Positions 52,696-64,000 of a DNA stretch of 64,000 bases are shown in pieces. This stretch comes from Psilocybe cubensis (taxonomy: Eukaryota): assembly GCA_017499595.2 (NCBI GenBank), contig CM039008.1, forward strand, positions 1,612,001 through 1,676,000, written 5' to 3'. The notes beneath the pieces are model-generated. The model saw nothing but the letters and a program-made list of their open reading frames with translations, was not told the DNA's origin and did no database searches. The translations under genes and the position numbers were made by a program. Each line of letters starts with the position of its first letter. Positions within the stretch are counted from its first letter, which is position 1.

Positions 52696-54054
52696 CTAAC
52701 GGCATGAAACTGCTACTGTCATCTTGCCCTGCTTGTGCAGAGTGGGAAGAGCCAGTTTGATTTCCTGCTCCATCCGAAGCTGTTCCACTTTGCGACTGTG
52801 GTTAGTCATAATATTGTTAGGAAATAGACAGAACGCCTTGATGTCGACACCACCGAGATGTGGAAAAATGTCCACGTTTAGTAGAATATCATCAAGTTTT
52901 GTCCATGCCTCGATTGGCATACCCAGCGATATGTCCTCTGCACAGTAAAATAGATTGTCAAAAATGAGTGTTAGTCGTTGAAGAGAGGGTGGCCACGCTG
53001 CGAGAACTGTGATCGCATGGCTGACGTATGCTTTAGTTGGCAATGACGTCCTTGACAGGTCTGTGGGTCCGTAACGCAGGGTCAAATAGTTGAAATTATT
53101 GAGTTTTGTAGAATAACTCATTGGTGGAGTTAGAAAAAGTTGAACAAGGTCTGTTGAGTCATGGGTTATGAGCACAAGAGGGTTAAAATGGAGGTAGCAG
53201 ATAATACCATTTGAATCAAACACAATATACAAACTCTTAACGGATGGAAAGAGCTCCGCCACTGTGTCGCATTCCTTGTTGAGACCCCCAAAAAAACAAG
53301 TTCTCATATCGATACGCAGGCATACAGATTTGAGGCAAGCTTCTCCATTGCTGATCATTGAACGCTGGGTCTCTGGATATAAAGCATGAACCATAGGAAG
53401 ATCGGTAGTTTCAATGGTTGCGATCTGAGAGAGAGGAAGATGGACATCCATAGCGCCCATGGTGTCGGATATGTTGCAATCAAGAACAGTCAAATGAATT
53501 ATTGATGTCCCTTGTAAGACGTCCTTGGGAAGGTCTTGCACTTCGCAAAGCCTAAGAGATAGCAATGTTGGGGAGCGGATCAGGTTTTGAAGGGATCGCA
53601 CAACCTTGGATGGTAGGGAAGAGAAAAGTGGGCCATGGAATTCAAAGGTGTGTAACCGAGCTTCTGAGTGACGAAATGCATTCAGAATGAAATCAAGGTC
53701 TTCGATTATTTGCTTGCAACGACTAGGCTCCGGATTGCCGAGAATGGAAGTAATGGGGGCAGACATTTGAAAAATTCGAATATGGCGGAGTATGCTAATT
53801 TCCATGTCTGGGAGATCAACGAGGCTGCGAAGGTGCTTTAATTTTACACGGAACGCATCCTCATCATCCTCAAAGAGGCTGATAAACTTGAAGAGGTATC
53901 GTTTTGCACTCCAGCGGAAGGTAGGCGAGACACGGAGACATGTGCGTAATGTCTGTGCACAATCCGGCTGGAGAATTATATAACCGCTATGGTCAGAGAC
54001 AATTGAATCAATAATTTGAGTCTGGATCTCTGGGGGGACTCTTTCTTGAGACAT
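52696..54054 (-). CDS. F-box-like/LRR-like protein, paralogue B
   Basis: The N-terminus VPPEIQTQIIDSI..TLRTCLRVSPTFRWSAKRYLF has the agaric F-box-like pattern, followed by LxxLxL repeats. The 452-aa ORF probably includes a 57-nt in-frame GT-AG intron (~53151-53207). Confidence 0.8.
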   Translation of the reverse strand: MSQERVPPEIQTQIIDSIVSDHSGYIILQPDCAQTLRTCLRVSPTFRWSAKRYLFKFISLFEDDEDAFRVKLKHLRSLVDLPDMEISILRHIRIFQMSAPITSILGNPEPSRCKQIIEDLDFILNAFRHSEARLHTFEFHGPLFSSLPSKVVRSLQNLIRSPTLLSLRLCEVQDLPKDVLQGTSIIHLTVLDCNISDTMGAMDVHLPLSQIATIETTDLPMVHALYPETQRSMISNGEACLKSVCLRIDMRTCFFGGLNKECDTVAELFPSVKSLYIVFDSNGIICYLHFNPLVLITHDSTDLVQLFLTPPMSYSTKLNNFNYLTLRYGPTDLSRTSLPTKAYVSHAITVLAAWPPSLQRLTLIFDNLFYCAEDISLGMPIEAWTKLDDILLNVDIFPHLGGVDIKAFCLFPNNIMTNHSRKVEQLRMEQEIKLALPTLHKQGKMTVAVSCR

Positions 54055-54565
54055 GGGGGTTCACATCATTTCGAGTACGATTTCTCAAATTTAAACAAAA
54101 CCATAGTAGGTTCACGGGATGCCAGGAGCTTGAACATCCAATGTAACTATGGTTTCTCGAAGTCTTGGCCTTCTATATACATCTTCGCCAACAATTGTAG
54201 ATCAGTAGTTTGTATACATTGCGACAAGTCGCTAAATTAGCGCCGATTGCCAACTTCGAAAACTTAGGTTATGCAAATGTTGATAACCAACCATTCCCGA
54301 TACAACCGACCTTAGGGAAATACGCATCACGTACCTGGAAATACTACATTGGTCGCATTTATCGTTTTATCGTGCATAATGAGCCACGGCGAGAGTGGAG
54401 TCATTACAGTTTCCCACGCGTATATTGCTTCTTTTGGTTTGCTCATCCTAGAAACAAAAAAATAAGCGAGTCGCATACCTTCAGGTATTGATCAGGTTCA
54501 AAATGTACCTTGCCTCATTGGCGACTCGTGAAAGATGTACAAATGCGACTGAATAAAGGTTTCAT

Positions 54566-54728
54566 TTTGGTAATTGACCAAACAATCAACCTTGTTCCAA
54601 AATCGTCCACGTACCTGTGAAATTGACACACTGTGACTTCGAAGTCAAGAGCGTACAAATGAAATTTGGTAATTGACCAAACAATCAACCTTGTTCCAAA
54701 ATCGTCCACGCACCTGTGAAATTGACAC
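54566..54728 (+). repeat. Direct repeat, two ~63-bp copies 99 bp apart
   Basis: TTTGGTAATTGACCAAACAATCAACCTTGTTCCAAAATCGTCCACG(T/C)ACCTGTGAAATTGACAC at 54566 and 54665, with one mismatch. Confidence 0.92.
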
Positions 54729-55176
54729 TCGGCACTGTGACGCGACTTCTAAATTGAACTTTGACCTGACTCTCTTTCCATCTATGGAAATTCGTCATCT
54801 AAATATAAAATCGAGCTAGGCGCCTCCTCACCGAACCTCACCCAACCATACTCGATCTTTATTCACGTGATAAAGAATTCCTGTTATCTACCTTCTGCTT
54901 CAATATGTTACACAGTGTCAATCGAGAGCCTCTTTCAATGTCTGCCGGCACAGATTGTTCCCCCTCACAGTCTTCAAAGTTGTTAGGACCGCAGACACGC
55001 GTTAAGTCCGTTTTGTGTTAAAATACGTTAAATTCTGACGCGTTAAATACAGTTACGTCGTTCTAAGCGCGCAAAGGCGAGTAAATGCTGTTTGTCTGCG
55101 CCATTATATCTTTCTGATTTAACCACTATAGAGTTACAGACCCAATAAAAGATTGGAGGACAGGGACGCGTCTCAG

Positions 55177-56245
55177 ATGCACCGGACCCAGCCTGCGGCC
55201 ACATACCTTGTTGGTCAATCTGTTGAGAAACAAGTAAGTTTCCCTGGTCCGTGTATTCCCAAGATATGTGTTGATATCTGACTCGTTATATTTGTGGCGG
55301 CTGTTTGATTGCAGAACGACAGTCGGATGTTACTTGACCACCAAGTGCCCGATAGTGTACAGTCAATATCGCATAAGCAGGCGGACCTAATCCCGGAGAC
55401 AGAGGTAAGAAAATTTTCTGCCTTTCTCTGTGTTCTCACCGTTGACGTGTCTAGTTCAGATTAGTGAATTAAACCAACCACAAGTCAATTGTCGAGACAT
55501 GCATAATGGGCCATGTGCTGGCCTTCAAGACATAAAACGCGACTATGAGAAGCATATTAATGCTGTTAATCATGACCGTGAACTTGAGAGAAAGGAATTG
55601 AGCGAGACAAAGATGATGCTCACTTCTTCTATGCTAGACTGTGCAACACTGCTCTCCGAATTCCAACAAGCAAAAGATGCATCAGACTCCCAGCGTGAAT
55701 ACTTCGAAACAATCATCCATACTTTATCGAATGAACTGGACGCAGCAAAGGCTACATATTGGAAAGACGTCCAGTCTGTCCTTCTTGATTACCAAAGGTC
55801 TGAGGCAAACCTTCGTATGATGCATGTTGAGACAATTGCAGCGCAGAGGACCCTTGAAGAGCGGTCAAAAACTATAACCGAACTTGAAGCTCGCTTGGGA
55901 TATGAGAGGGCAGCTCGTGAAAGGCTCGATGATGACCTTGCTATTGCGAAGAATGCTCTGGCCGGTGAGTGTAATGTCACAGATCAAACTCCGGCTAACC
56001 CAGGTCGTATTTTAGATGCCCTTGCTGGGGAATCTCGCCAGTTCGAGGCCCAACGCTCTAGAGAGCGATTAATGGAGGCTTTTATTACAAGGATGAGGGC
56101 CCAGGTCGCCGATGCTACACTTATTGATAAATATGAGAATACCTTCCACCAAATCCCGGAGGTCATCGATCTTATAGAGAGGCATCGTAATTTGGTGGAA
56201 ATTGTTGGAAGTTTTTCTACGGTCATTGAAGCAAGCGATCAATAA
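55177..56245 (+). CDS. Hypothetical coiled-coil protein, at least 3 exons (the true start may be further upstream, ~54938)
   Basis: MHRTQP..VEKQ|NDSRM..PETE|ISELNQ.. joins through phase-0 GT-AG introns into the heptad-rich ORF ending at 56245. Confidence 0.65.
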
Positions 56246-57359
56246 AAAAATGATGTAGATTATCTTTAGCTCTAATACCAGTAGGTAACTTCGAAGTATG
56301 CAATATCTAAAATGTGATTCAGTATATATGCTCTGGTAAAATAATGATACCCAGGAAGAACTCAACTCAAACCATACTCATGCCTCTCTTGAAAGTGAAA
56401 CACGGGTAAACATGGACAAGTTCAATCCATATGAATCTCCTTTACCCAATGGTGTGCCAAATTCCATCCCCAGCTGGGGCTGTTTAACCTCGACTGATGA
56501 AGAGATCGGAGTTGTTATCGAGGTGCATGTCGGGTCTGAAATCAAACTCAAACAAAGATGAAGAGTTACTACCACAAATCAAAATAATTTCTGGCACTTC
56601 ATCGGCTCTGCCTGCATATGCCTGCATCCACCGTAATATATAAAGATGTGACCATAAGTTTTATTGAGTGTAGAGACTCTGAGAAGGAAGAATTTCTCAT
56701 TATATGTCAAGGGAGAATAATCACAAACAGACATATAGGCAATGGGGTTTTGAAGACTCGTACATGCCATACGAAGTGGTGGCCCATCTACAAGTTTTCC
56801 CGTGTAGAAAGTGCGCTGTACAGTGTATATAAACACCGATGTCCAGGCATGCACGGCATAGACAGAATGCCGAAAAATGACTGTATATCTTTGGGATGAA
56901 GAAAGGTAAGAATAATCATACAAGGAACCTTCAGATATAAGTGAGGGAACAAATTATGTATAAGAGGGAGTGTTTGCTCTATGTAAGGGATTGTGATTTG
57001 TATATGTGGGCACCAAAACTATATGTATGGTACTGAAAATTGTATCCGAGGGTGCAACCTATGAATGTATGGATACTGGATTTATATGTTCGGAAACCAC
57101 CTTTCTCTATACTGGAAACCAGATTATGTATATGGAATTGTGCATAATTGCGACTTCTATGTATGGGAAAAAAAGTTTATAGATTGGTATTAAATGTGCA
57201 AACGGACAGCCATAGCACAGGTCCAACCTGGAAACACGTTAAATTGAAAACAGATATCAGCGAATTTGTTACTTACAAACGGATCGCCGCTCTTAGTAAA
57301 TGCCATGATACTACTCTGAACAAGACGGTAAATCAGCAACCGAAAAAAGAAGAATAAAA

Positions 57360-58840
57360 TCGCACCTATTACATCTCCCACTCTCCATCTTTCGCAAATT
57401 GCTCCGGGTGTTCAACAGGACAGGGAGGTACGTCCGGATCGCGTTCGAGACGTGCAGGTTGAGCACAGAGTCGTCCCACACACCCCTCTTTCGTACGTCC
57501 CTCCGACGCGTACCTGCCGCCTCCCAGGATGATGAGTGAGTTCTTGTGTTCAGTGTCCTGGTATCTCGGGAACCAATACTCATCACCACCGTCACCACCG
57601 TCCCACAATGTCAGCCATCCCAAAGAAAACGCGTTGACAGATGAACGCACAGCGCTGACTTGTCCTCTTGTAGGCTTGATCGCGTACGCCCCGCGCGGAA
57701 GTTGGGACTCCGTCGAGAACAAACCTACGTCCTGACCACCGGCGACAGATCCAGGCTCTCATTCAATACGTAATCAACAATATTTGCCGCGTCTTCTTCT
57801 TCGAGTCCGGCGAGGAAGGGCAAGAGATGTACAGCGTAGCCGTTAGTGGCGTGTATGACATACTCGCAAGTCAGTATTTCCTCGGGCATGTACAAGTTCC
57901 AACGACGGCACGGCTATTTTGATAATTCCTGCTCGATATTCGTGATGGATGTAACAGGGGTCTTGATGTGCAGCTCAACCGTCACCTTGGGTAGGGGAGT
58001 TTGGGCATCTTTGAAGAGATGGGTAACGAGTTTGCATGGCCAGAGATTGTGACCCCGTAGATGAACAGCAGAGTACCCAAGTTTAGGGTCCACATGTTAC
58101 TTCTGCGCGCAGGTCGAATCAGGTCGAAACGTAACAAGGAAAAGTAGGCTGACCTTGCTCAGCTTCTCATTGTCTATCCACTCAACTTTCGCGTCCGGCC
58201 AACAATCCCTGCGCTTTTGACCTTCTCCCAGTCATCCCGAAAGGCCTACTCTTCTATTTTGTTTCTGAATAACGTCAAATGACCAGCCTCGACCAAATCG
58301 ACTTCATGTTCCAGTCCATTCTGCTTGATGGACTTGACCATCCCGTTGGATGTATGAGCTTCTCACGCGAAGGATTTCAACGCTTCTGTTGTATTGTAGC
58401 GGGCTTGCAGAGCCGAGAAACCGTGGAAGGTAATGGGAGTCAGGTGTCCACCGTTTCTTCCTAAACTTTGTCATTCGAACCCATCCATTATTGAATCTTA
58501 AGAATCTTGCTTGTAGCACCCGAGCCTTTGAACGTTCAATTCAAAAATTCGACATGACAGATATAAGAAAAAGCTCACAAAATTGACGCGCTTCAAGAAT
58601 AACCACACTCCTCTGGCGTTCGTACTCTTTGAGAGAGTTGTCCTGGAGTAACTTGGACAAATGCCATGGAGTAACTTGGACAAATGCCAGGCGGCACTAA
58701 CGCCAGTGATACCGCCCCCGAATAAACAGATATTGGCGTCCGTTGTGAGCGCACTTGTGCTTCCATATTCTGAGAGGGTCTTTCTGTTTCTGCGACAGGA
58801 TCATGATGGAAGGACGCATCCAATCCAATGAAGTTCATTG
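57360..58840 (-). pseudogene. FAD-dependent oxidoreductase (DAO-like family) pseudogene
   Basis: Collinear, frameshifted motifs NICLFGGGITGVSAAWHLSK (Rossmann), LEARQF|.SGAT, GHNLWPCKLVTHLF, TPVTSI, YVIHATNGYAVHLLP, PTRGQVSAVR, EYWFPR and IILGGGR. Introns are retained and a 23-bp tandem duplication lies at 58644-58689. Confidence 0.85.
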
Positions 58841-60699
58841 AAACAAAACAAAGAGGTTCCCACGACTGAATAGTAGTGGGTTTTCTGCAGGTTTTCTGCG
58901 TCCATCCTAAATTTCGTGTGTTGCACCACGTAATTTATTCACACGATCACCATCTGTATCTGTATTTTGCGCCCGCCCACGATTTGTAATGCCCGCGTTA
59001 GCTTTAGGGCCACAAAATGCCCCTAAACCTCTATATAAGATATGTTGAGAGTAAGGGTGTTAAAGATCGGGATGGAAGTTTCGACAAGGAAGGATGTCAG
59101 AAATCCGTTGTTTTGGATATTCCGTGGGTGCGTAAGCTTTGGCGGGAGGTCTGAAAAGACCAAGGTTGAGACATCACGTGAGAGGCTGCCTTCGAGATGA
59201 CAGACGCGACACAACGCGATGCGAGAGGATGTAGAGGAGAGATGTGGGCCGCCAAAGGCCTGAATGTTTGGGTCAAACCAGGTGGAAACCAAAAGGGATC
59301 CAACGGTGGCTGTACCAAACATTGGAAAAATATAAAGAGGGAGAGGAGGGTGGGCAGAAACAAGGGGTGCTTGAAAAAAAAAAATTCGGCACACGGGGTT
59401 GTTTAATTTGGATAAGGACTCCGAGACCCCTCCCCCCCCTTCCTAAATTGGCAATAAGTAGTCACGTGTAGGTGCACGCGTTCACAAATAATCTCCTAAA
59501 TAAGTAAGAGTGATAATCTACTAAATAAGTAAGAGTGCCGGACATTACTAGGGACTGGATGCAACGCCTGCGCTTTTTAATACCATTGACTCTACCTCCT
59601 CCATTTCTTCTGCATTCATCATCAATACACATGCGTCCATTATGCCCCCAATGTGTGATGTGGACAATAGAAAAATGGGGGAAGGGGATAAATGTATGAA
59701 ATGTCTGGTGGTGCACTTTCAGCTAGAGTTACTAGGGTAAGGATGCAATGACTTACCTCTGCCAACTATTGATATTTCCAATGCCCACTACAATGTCCAA
59801 GATTTGAGTAGCAGAACGGCAACGGTTCACGAGGGTAGGTGTAATTGGAAAGCGGCAGGAAGTTGTTTGTTGATCGTGGCAAAATCGAGTGCGATGACAA
59901 TCCGTGACTGTGACAAAATATGCATGTGATACCCCTGATCATTGCTGCAAAATGCAACAAATCTGCAATGCAACCTGTAACGACAACTGACGACAACCTT
60001 TAGAAAGCTGGAATAGCAATAAAATGACTGTAGAGTGGTTTTATTACATGTACCATGCTTCAAAATTGGATAAAAACAATTATGAAATTAAAGCGACTTT
60101 TAATTCGGATAAGCCTGGTCTGGCCCCCCCCCTCCCCCCCCACCCTGTGTGCCGGCATTTGCCGGCGCGTACCCCTTGGGCAGAAAAGAAATTAAAAGCA
60201 AGGAGAAATTCGAACGAGTTTAACAAGCACCCTTGACAAGTAAGGGGAGAGAGACGAAGACGGTGAGGGATGTAAAACGAGGCTCATAGTTTAAATAGGA
60301 TGTATGTACAGATACACAGAGGAGTACTAGAAAATAAAAGAAGGTGATGCAAGGTGAAACCTGACAAAGTCAGGCACTTAAGTAGACATTGTAAATCATA
60401 AGCTGATAGAAGATTGATGAAGCGCTCAACTAGAAAAATCAAATTCTCGCTAATCTCTTATCCGTAGATGAGTGCGCAGCACTCATCGTGGAATATACTA
60501 CTTAATTTTACCACTTCGGCCCCAGGTGCGATAATTACGAACCACTTGTCACAACACGTGCAGTGTTTATGCCCAAGAAAGCGCGACTGCTGCTGTTATT
60601 CCGTCGTGCCCTTGTTATGATATTAACCGATCAAAACCACAGTGCGTCATCCAGCCAAATGAATCCACCCGGAAGAACAACCGTCCATTCCCCTGAAAG

Positions 60700-60850
60700 A
60701 AACTGAATACAACGTAAGTCTCAGCCGGAAGGAAACAAAGGCTATATTGTGAACCTGAATACAACGTAAGTCTGTAAACTAAGTCAGTCATTGTTCTACA
60801 AGCAACACAAAACTGAATGTATCTCAGCCGGAAGGAAACAAAGGCTGAGG
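60700..60850 (+). repeat. Interleaved short direct duplications
   Basis: CTGAATACAACGTAAGTCT occurs twice (~60703, ~60755) and TCTCAGCCGGAAGGAAACAAAGGCT occurs twice (~60719, ~60822). Confidence 0.85.
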
Positions 60851-61434
60851 TATCAGAAATGAGACAAATGACTATATGTGAGGAACACCTAGTTACAGAA
60901 GTAATCAGGAAAATTGAGAAGGTGATGTGTTGTATGTTGAAGGAAAGTGACCTGCTAAAGAGTGTGCATGAATAGGAGCTATTGGATCGAGTGGTCCGAA
61001 GACAGAAAAGGAAGGTGTGAATATAAAAAAGGAAAGAAAGAATGTGGAGATGATGAACGGAAAGCGCGTATTCCAACATCCCCTGCCCGTCAACGTCAAC
61101 TTCATGAACCGCGCCGTCTTATACAATATACATGTTGGATGTGCTTCAAGGTGCGTCTGTACAATCCACTATAATCATTCATTCCCCTGCTTACCACAAT
61201 CCTTTCACTCGTCTTCATATTGTCGGCCTTTGTTCTATGATCTCCACCTTCATGACCATCATGGATCACACTCAGTACTCACTGTGCTGTTGCACTCGGC
61301 AGACACTGCGACGAGAGCAGTCATGACTCCAGCATGCCTGGGTGTTAGAGCCGTCGGTCTAGGTGCGTCGCTAGCATTTTCTGTGTCGTGTGGCGCCCGT
61401 GCTTCTTTTGGGGAGAGAGTGCATAGTGAACAGG

Positions 61435-62215
61435 AGGGTCAGCACCCGCCCGCCGTCGAGGGTTTACAACTCACCGAGGGAGGCCTGGACAGGTGCGACT
61501 TGAGCATGTCAGGGTAAAGGTCATGAGCGAGTATGGCAAGGTACGTTGTCATTGTTCTGCTTGCTGATAATATCCATCAAGTACGTAGCAATAAGAGCGG
61601 GGTCAGCACCAGTTCATTGTTGATGGGTTAGCTCACCGACCTAGTCCAATAATGTCTACAGTATTCTCCGGTTCCAAGGGGCGATTCTAACTGGTCAGCG
61701 GGATTGGGTTGTGAGGGCGGCATGCATCGTGCTGGATTGGCTGATAATACCAAGCTGCAAAGTGACAATAGAGGGGGGGAGGGTCGTGGGCAGGTATGTC
61801 AAGATACCTTGTCATTGTTCTGCATGTTATGTGCCTGCGGCTTGCTGACAATACCTGTGTATAAAGAGAACGGGGTCAGCACCAGCACATCGTTGAATGT
61901 TTAGCGAGGTCCTTGACCTGCGCAGTGGCAAGAACGGGGTCAGTACCAGCGCGTCGTCAAAAGAGTACAGCTCACCACCGTAACCTACTCTGCACCGTCA
62001 AAACTGTCAAGCACAGAGTACAGGTCAGCACCAACACGTCGTCGAGAGGGTACAACACACCGTTGTAACCTATCCTCTAGCGTCAAGACTGTTAAGCACA
62101 GGTTCAGCCCTATTGCCGACAGAATACACAACTGCGCGGCTTACCGTCAAAGGGTGTTGTGTGGCTTCAATGCTCGACTATGCTGAGCCAGTGGGGTCAG
62201 TACCAGTGCGTTTCA
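61435..62215 (+). repeat. Dispersed degenerate repeat array (GGGGTCAG(C/T)ACCAG core, ~6 copies)
   Basis: Core copies lie near 61436, 61598, 61871, 61935, 62021 and 62193. Some extend into GTCGTC..GTACA.C.CACC..GTAACCTA. Confidence 0.75.
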
Positions 62216-64000
62216 CTGTCGTAGTCCGCTTTGCCGCGTCAAGACTCTAGATCACATTATTCATTAGCACCATCAATATCGGCAACTAGTCTCGACTCCA
62301 GACAATCCGGATATACCAGGTTTCACACGGTATACTCCGTAGATAGTCTGGTGGGGTTTAACCGTAAGGCAGTACATGAGAGCGAGCCTTGGCACATTTT
62401 GGCTGAAATAGGGAATAAAAGGTGCACGTGCAAGGCCTTGGCCAAACACCATCATTTATACTACCTTGGCGTCGACGCGTCGTTAATTAACACCCCTACT
62501 CTATTTAATAGTATTGAGTTGTAAAGAGCAGAATGACTTTGGAAAAGTAATCTATGCAGTATTTTTACCAGGCCAGATGATTTGAATCGAGACTGGTCAG
62601 CCAATACATGTATAAAAACATTAGTGTAGCTATGTTTCAAATCTCAATTTTTCTTACTCCATCTTCAAAATGCCTATTTCTTCAGAGGTTCAACAGTACA
62701 AAGCAGACAAAGCTCTTTTGAACATTCTTAGTGATCTCTCATGGAAAATACTTTGCAAAAGACCTTTGCTCTCTTGACGGCGTGGTTTGACTGGGTGTCA
62801 GTTTTGGCTGGCAAAAGATAATCGTGGAAGCAGGGCGCGGTAACGGTGTTTTGTTTTCGTCGTTTGTACATTTGCGAGGTGTGCAAGTTGTGTATGACAT
62901 AGTTGAAGAGAGTCTTTCAATCAGTCGTGCGTCATTCAACACGGACGCGACGGGCGATACGCGCAGGCTTGGTATCACATGGTAAATCTCACGTGAGACT
63001 TTTATTACCATTTTTATCGAAAAAGTGCCAAGAATCATTCTCATATACTCGCTCACGGCTAAACCGTACCAGTCTATATAGGTGAAATAGCTGGCGCTCG
63101 TCCCTCCTAGTATATCCAGATAAATTTCATCACATAATTTAAACTGACTAATACTCGGAGGCCACATGTGTAAGCTAGCTATCACCTATAGAGACTGGGT
63201 TCGAGTCTAATCGGCAACAGGCACAACCAAAACGACTTACCATCGAGGCGCAGGCACCATCAGAGGCCACAGACAGGGAGGAAAGGGTGCCCCTATTAGC
63301 CCCTATCCGATCTTTATCTGTACTTCTTGAAATTCCCGCTAAGAAAATTAATTGCTCTTCAGTATTTCGACAGGACAACGAATGTAGCTATAATAATTCC
63401 TCCTTGTACATAGTGTACTTGACAACTTGACAACATGATCCAATATTGCAGCGCACTTTACTTTGCCAAGCTGCATCAGGCACATCGTTCAAACCCGACC
63501 AATAGCACACTGTACAGGAAGTACCCTCTTTGTGATAGTTCTAGGTTCCTTTTGTACATATATAAGCGACAATGGTACACGCATTTTCTACATCTTTACC
63601 ATGGCAATAGTGACGTGCTTGAAAATTCTGTATCACACCATCAAACAATGCCTTCTTCAGATCGGACAACATTATTATTCACTCATCTCAGGAACTCCTA
63701 GCATGAGCTTCGACTCAATGAACTCTCTACCAGGAAACAACGTAAGCCATTGTCATGATAAACCGTCTCATTGTACAATATATAACTTATTCATAACGTC
63801 AGATGACTGATATGGTAGTGGAAAGTGCTGCTGAAGTCAGTACCTGATCATAAGTGTTTTGTTACAAAATGAAAATCTGATTCCCTTTGTTCCGCTCTAC
63901 AGCTCAGACTCGATAATCTTTTTACAATTGTTGATAATCATGCTGAGGTTGGTTCTGCTCCCTTAGTAAAGCCAATAAAGCACTAACACATTTTCATTGT

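Noticed and set aside
56400-56900. Short plus-strand coding-like pieces
   Set aside because: Interrupted by stops and without a recognisable motif.
61435-62215. CRISPR-like interpretation of the repeat array
   Set aside because: The context is eukaryotic, the repeats are degenerate and irregularly spaced, the spacers are related to each other, and no cas genes are present.
63150-63220. GGTTCGAGTC B-box-like motif suggesting a tRNA or SINE
   Set aside because: No cloverleaf stems or convincing A box could be formed by eye; tRNAscan-SE would settle it.

Overview
Eukaryotic, intron-rich DNA. The gene families and ~50-65 nt introns point to a mushroom-forming basidiomycete (Agaricales-like; this is inference). 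The window has three zones. (1) 1-5247: the 3' part of a Ty1/copia LTR retrotransposon, disabled by one nonsense codon and by a nested 1237-bp non-autonomous TIR element. (2) ~5.6-34.8 kb: a gene-dense, apparently intact block with three paralogous aldo-keto reductases, ORC5, a 2OG-Fe(II) oxygenase, a MITE, a small secreted 6-Cys protein, NOP4/RBM28, a single-pass membrane protein, profilin, a TFIIIC delta-like subunit and an intronless PhzF-family gene. (3) ~34.86-64 kb: an abrupt switch to an accessory-looking collage. It holds damaged relics of unrelated genes (HMG box, DUF1769, CCT3, RPL1, FAD oxidoreductase; all but the short HMG piece keep introns), orphan and coiled-coil genes, two F-box-like/LRR-like paralogues and several degenerate repeat arrays. 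The most notable observations are two different non-autonomous elements that share CA...TG termini and a TC 2-bp target duplication, and the gene-relic collage that starts at a CAGCTA-initiated AT-rich tract. Exon boundaries were read by eye and products were assigned by motif recognition only; no searches were run.
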